A stretch of 64,000 nt of DNA, from assembly GCA_964633905.1 (NCBI GenBank), contig CAZWIT010000002.1, positions 63,209 to 127,208 of the forward strand, in the 5' to 3' direction. Positions 61,108-64,000 of the stretch are shown piece after piece. The translations under genes were made by a program, and so were the position numbers. The notes below the pieces were generated by a model that saw only the letters and a list, made by a program, of their open reading frames with translations, had not been told where the DNA came from and made no database searches. The DNA comes from an uncultured Gammaproteobacteria bacterium (lineage in GTDB: Bacteria; Patescibacteriota; Patescibacteriia; UBA1558; GWA2-36-10). How positions within the stretch are numbered: position 1 is the first letter of the stretch; every line of letters begins with the position of its first letter.

Positions 61108-61146
61108 CAGCCCAAGTGTCTTTTAAGCGTTTGGGCTGTTTTTTAT
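61108..61146 (+). terminator. Rho-independent terminator (CAGCCCAA ... TTGGGCTG + T-run) after fusA
   Basis: Hairpin plus TTTTTTATT. Confidence 0.75.
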
Positions 61147-61199
61147 TATAACAATTTTGGGTTAACAAAAAACCCCATTTATGTAATAGAGTTTTTTGT

Positions 61200-61760
61200 T
61201 CATCTGAAGCCACTAGATCTTAATAGCTAGAGAGCTATAACCTAGTGGACTCGGATAAAGGGGAGAAACTGTTGGCTGGCGGCGGGTCGCGTTGAACGCG
61301 ACCCGCCGCACTGATGCGTTATTCGGATGCTTCTCCCTTTGACTATTTTTACCTGTAGTCAGCAGGATTCCGTTGCCCCGGAATGACGGGAGTTGTTTGT
61401 GAGGATTACCGGATATTATGCGGCCTCCGGAGAGTCGCGGGAACTACCCGACTACTGGGCCTATGGTTCGAACAGTCCAAACATCACGATCCTTTCTGCT
61501 GCACCCTCTTGCAGCAAATGGGTCCTGAAGTACAGGAGTGGTTGCGACCTTATATGGTTTCCGGGTATTATCGGCCCCCGGTGGATCTGGTCGCACGCAG
61601 TTCTTGGGCGGGCGCTGCGCGGTCGTATTTAACCGCGAGCAAAATTGTGCCGATGACTGCGTTTTTTAGACCACTGGCCTAGAGCAACAGTCGAATCACT
61701 ACAATCTCCCTTCTTTTCGGTTTAGCGGAGCGCATGAGCGCTCCCGTTTTGTTTTTTTAC
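61200..61760 (+). ncRNA. GC-rich (~57%) noncoding island inserted between fusA and tuf; candidate large structured ncRNA of unknown class, ending in intrinsic terminator (GGAGCGC atga GCGCTCC + T-run)
   Basis: 13-bp GC stem GCGGCGGGTCGCG ttgaa CGCGACCCGCCGC; GGGGAGAAAC...GCTTCTCCC helix; CCACTAG...CTAGTGG helix; no convincing ORF. Confidence 0.4.
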
Positions 61761-62094
61761 CAAACTGTATCACAGGTTTTGTGGATGACAGTCTGGCAAC
61801 TGCGGGTGTTTAGCCATCTTAGAGCATTCAACCCGCCTTTAAAGGCTAGTGTTTTACAAACACTGTAATGGAGGTAAGGATATAAGCTGATGCTTATATC
61901 AGGTGGTAAACTCGAAATTATCAAGCCGTAAAGCCTGATAAAATCAGGGTTGTAGGACCTGTTCTTAGTCCTCCAATACAGTATTTGTAAAAAAGCCTTT
62001 ATTTATTGGTTTTTTAAGAGCAATAGAGCATTATATCATATAATTAATATTTTGTCAATAGTATTGTAGCCATAAATAAATTTAAAATATTAAT

Positions 62095-62123
62095 TTGACA
62101 AAGAGCTATTTTTCCACTAATAT
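62095..62123 (+). promoter_or_regulatory. sigma70-like promoter TTGACA-17-TAATAT
   Basis: Read directly upstream of 62146 ORF. Confidence 0.4.
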
Positions 62124-62145
62124 ATGAACACTTTACCATAAAATT

Positions 62146-62490
62146 ATGTTAAATGTTCAAAACCTGGAAGCAGTACTAAAATTAGTCGCCCAAACTAAGG
62201 ATCGAGTGATTATTTTATCAGAAAATTATGATCCATTGGTGATTATGAATTTAGAAAACTACAGGGATTTATTAGCTAAAAATACTGTAAAAAAGGGCAA
62301 TGGTCAGCAAGTAGTTTTAGACAATATTAATAAGGACATTGCTTTATTGCATGCCAGTGAAAATGATGTTCCAGATTTAGCCGACTATAATTTAGATCAG
62401 TTTAAAGTAGAGGAAGATAATGCTGCTAGTGAAAATAAACCAGTAGATACCGAAGAAGAAGAAAAATATTATTTAGAACCAGTTGATTAA
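62146..62490 (+). CDS. Phd/YefM-like antitoxin-fold protein with acidic C-terminal tail; orphan (no toxin gene adjacent)
   Basis: DRVIILSENYDPLVIMNLENYRDLLA resembles the Phd/YefM N-terminal strand-helix; tuf follows directly. Confidence 0.45.
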   Translation: MLNVQNLEAVLKLVAQTKDRVIILSENYDPLVIMNLENYRDLLAKNTVKKGNGQQVVLDNINKDIALLHASENDVPDLADYNLDQFKVEEDNAASENKPVDTEEEEKYYLEPVD

Positions 62491-62671
62491 TTTTTGGCTA
62501 ATATTAGTAAAAATATTAGAAATTAGGGCCTTTGCTGTAGTGCCCTTGCCAAAAATAAAAAACTTTGCTATAATCTTTTGTGTTTTAGAGAAACAATTTA
62601 AATATAATTAATAATCAATATTTTTTATAAAACCGCTGGTTTATAGAGTTTTATAAAGGAGAAAATAAATC

Positions 62672-63859
62672 ATGGCAGAAGTATTTAAAAGAGAAAAAAC
62701 TCATGTCAACGTTGGTACTATTGGCCACGTTGATCATGGCAAAACCACTTTAACAGCCGCTATCTTAAAAGTGATTAGCGCAACTGGTGGTGTGGCTCAA
62801 CAAAAAAATGTTGACCAAATTGACGCTGCTCCTGAAGAGCGCGAACGCGGTATTACTATTGCTACCGCTCACGTGGAATATGAAACTGAAAAACGTCACT
62901 ATGCCCACGTTGACTGTCCAGGTCACGCTGACTATGTCAAAAATATGATTACTGGTGCCGCCCAGATGGATGGTGCCGTTTTGGTAGTTTCAGCTGCCGA
63001 TGGTCCCATGCCTCAAACTCGTGAGCATATTTTGCTTGCCCGTCAGGTTGGTGTGCCTTTCATCGTAGTCTATTTAAATAAAATGGACCAAGTTGATGAT
63101 CCTGAGCTAGTCGATTTAGTAGAAGAAGAAATCAGAGATTTATTGAAAAAATATGAATTCCCTGGTGATAAAACTCCTATTATTCGTGGTTCAGCCTTAA
63201 AGGCTTTGGAAGACCCTGCTGGCGAAGCTGGTAAATCAATTACTGAATTACTAAAAGCTTTGGATGATTATATTCCAGATCCAGTTCGTGATACTGAGCA
63301 TCCTTTCTTATTACCAATTGAAGACATTTTCTCAATTGAAGGTCGTGGTACAGTAGTTACTGGTCGTATTGAACGTGGTTTAATCAAATTAAACGAAGAA
63401 GTAGAAATCGTTGGTTTGCATGAAACCAAAAAGACCGTGGTTACTGGTATTGAAATGTTTAACAAGCAATTAGAAGAAGGTCGTGCTGGTGATAATGCCG
63501 GTTTGCTTTTACGCGGTACCAAAAAAGATGAAGTTGAACGTGGTCAGGTTTTAGCTAAACCTGGTAGTATTACACCTCATACTGACTTTGAAGCTAAAGT
63601 TTATATTTTAAGCAAAGAAGAAGGTGGTCGTCATACTCCATTTTTCAAAGGCTATAAACCACAGTTTTACATCCGTACTACTGACGTTACTGGTGAAGTT
63701 ATTTTACCAGAAGGTACTGAAATGGTAATGCCTGGTGACACTATTAATTTAACTATTAAATTAATTCATCCAGTCGCTTTAGAAGAAAAATCACGTTTTG
63801 CTATCCGCGAAGGTGGTCATACTGTTGGCGCTGGTACTGTTACCAAAATCATTAAATAA
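62672..63859 (+). CDS. tuf: elongation factor Tu
   Basis: [18 protein letters not shown] motifs. Confidence 0.99.
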   Translation: MAEVFKREKTHVNVGTIGHVDHGKTTLTAAILKVISATGGVAQQKNVDQIDAAPEERERGITIATAHVEYETEKRHYAHVDCPGHADYVKNMITGAAQMDGAVLVVSAADGPMPQTREHILLARQVGVPFIVVYLNKMDQVDDPELVDLVEEEIRDLLKKYEFPGDKTPIIRGSALKALEDPAGEAGKSITELLKALDDYIPDPVRDTEHPFLLPIEDIFSIEGRGTVVTGRIERGLIKLNEEVEIVGLHETKKTVVTGIEMFNKQLEEGRAGDNAGLLLRGTKKDEVERGQVLAKPGSITPHTDFEAKVYILSKEEGGRHTPFFKGYKPQFYIRTTDVTGEVILPEGTEMVMPGDTINLTIKLIHPVALEEKSRFAIREGGHTVGAGTVTKIIK

Positions 63860-63941
63860 ATTTATAACTTTTACTTGGGGGATAATCTCCCCCAGGTAAA
63901 GGGTTGAATAAATAATTAATTATCGTTATTTTAAAAAATCC

Positions 63942-64000
63942 ATGCCAGTTAAAGAGGTTAAAGAAGAAGCTCAGTCTAGGATCAGGATCAAGATCAGGGC
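63942..64000 (+). CDS. rpsJ: 30S ribosomal protein S10, N-terminal fragment (continues beyond window)
   Basis: MPVKEVKEEAQSRIRIKIRA matches the S10 start (RIRIKL.AFD); position after tuf. Confidence 0.55.
   Translation, partial: MPVKEVKEEAQSRIRIKIR

Noticed and set aside
61455-61500. tRNA-like T-loop GGTTCGAAC inside the GC island
   Set aside because: Flanking bases cannot form a T-stem or acceptor stem; no D-arm or anticodon arm; not a tRNA
61383-61682. 99-aa and 79-aa plus-strand ORFs inside the GC-rich fusA-tuf island
   Set aside because: Two overlapping frames of a GC-rich, highly self-complementary segment; no SD, no protein-like composition; better explained as structured RNA

Overview
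This is an AT-rich (~34% GC) bacterial chromosome segment with short intergenic spacers, ATGA-type gene overlaps and mostly TAA/TAG stops. TGA is used as a stop once, at the ybeY/dgkA ATGA overlap, and an RF2 is present, so the standard bacterial genetic code applies. The composition and gene repertoire resemble a small-genome, possibly episymbiotic Candidate-Phyla-Radiation/Patescibacteria-like organism; this is inference only. Most of the window is housekeeping. It contains a complete F1Fo ATP synthase operon (atpB C-terminal fragment, then atpE-F-H-A-G-D-C), pheS-pheT, gyrB, secE-nusG-rplK-rplA followed by pepA, convergent pth-der and an LCP-family gene on the minus strand, lepB-hisS, rpsU-yqeY, ybeY-dgkA-ftsA-ftsZ, nrdR, htrA, prfB, a split comEC, ndk, rpmB, an M50 protease and the str operon rpsL-rpsG-fusA ... 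tuf-rpsJ. The main accessory locus is at about 29.5-43.7 kb. It holds two tandem genes that share a paralogous N-terminal signal-peptide plus two-helix membrane anchor of VirB2/TrbC-pilin-like topology. The second gene encodes a 3556-aa mosaic surface protein with IPT/TIG-like Ig repeats, an array of CGDG...ECD cysteine-rich repeats, a vWA/MIDAS domain, two BACON-like repeats, five FN3 repeats and a Cys-rich C-terminus. Two paralogous single-pass membrane proteins with bacterial thrombospondin-type-3-like Ca-binding repeats follow it. Other unusual features are listed next. Two GC-rich (50-58% GC) noncoding islands bracket the str operon: one upstream of rpsL, adjacent to a small GC-rich stand-alone gene, and a ~550-nt island plus an orphan Phd/YefM-like gene inserted between fusA and tuf. 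Both look like structured ncRNAs of unknown class. A third candidate ncRNA lies downstream of ndk. A paralogous pair of small proteins carries a beta-carbonic-anhydrase-like Cys/Asp/His/Cys signature behind identical TTGACT-17-TAAAAT promoters. The RF2 has a non-canonical SDY in place of the SPF stop-codon-recognition tripeptide. A UvrD-family helicase is fused to a Cas4/AddB-type Cys4 PD-(D/E)XK nuclease. No rRNA, tRNA, CRISPR array or recognisable transposase was seen.
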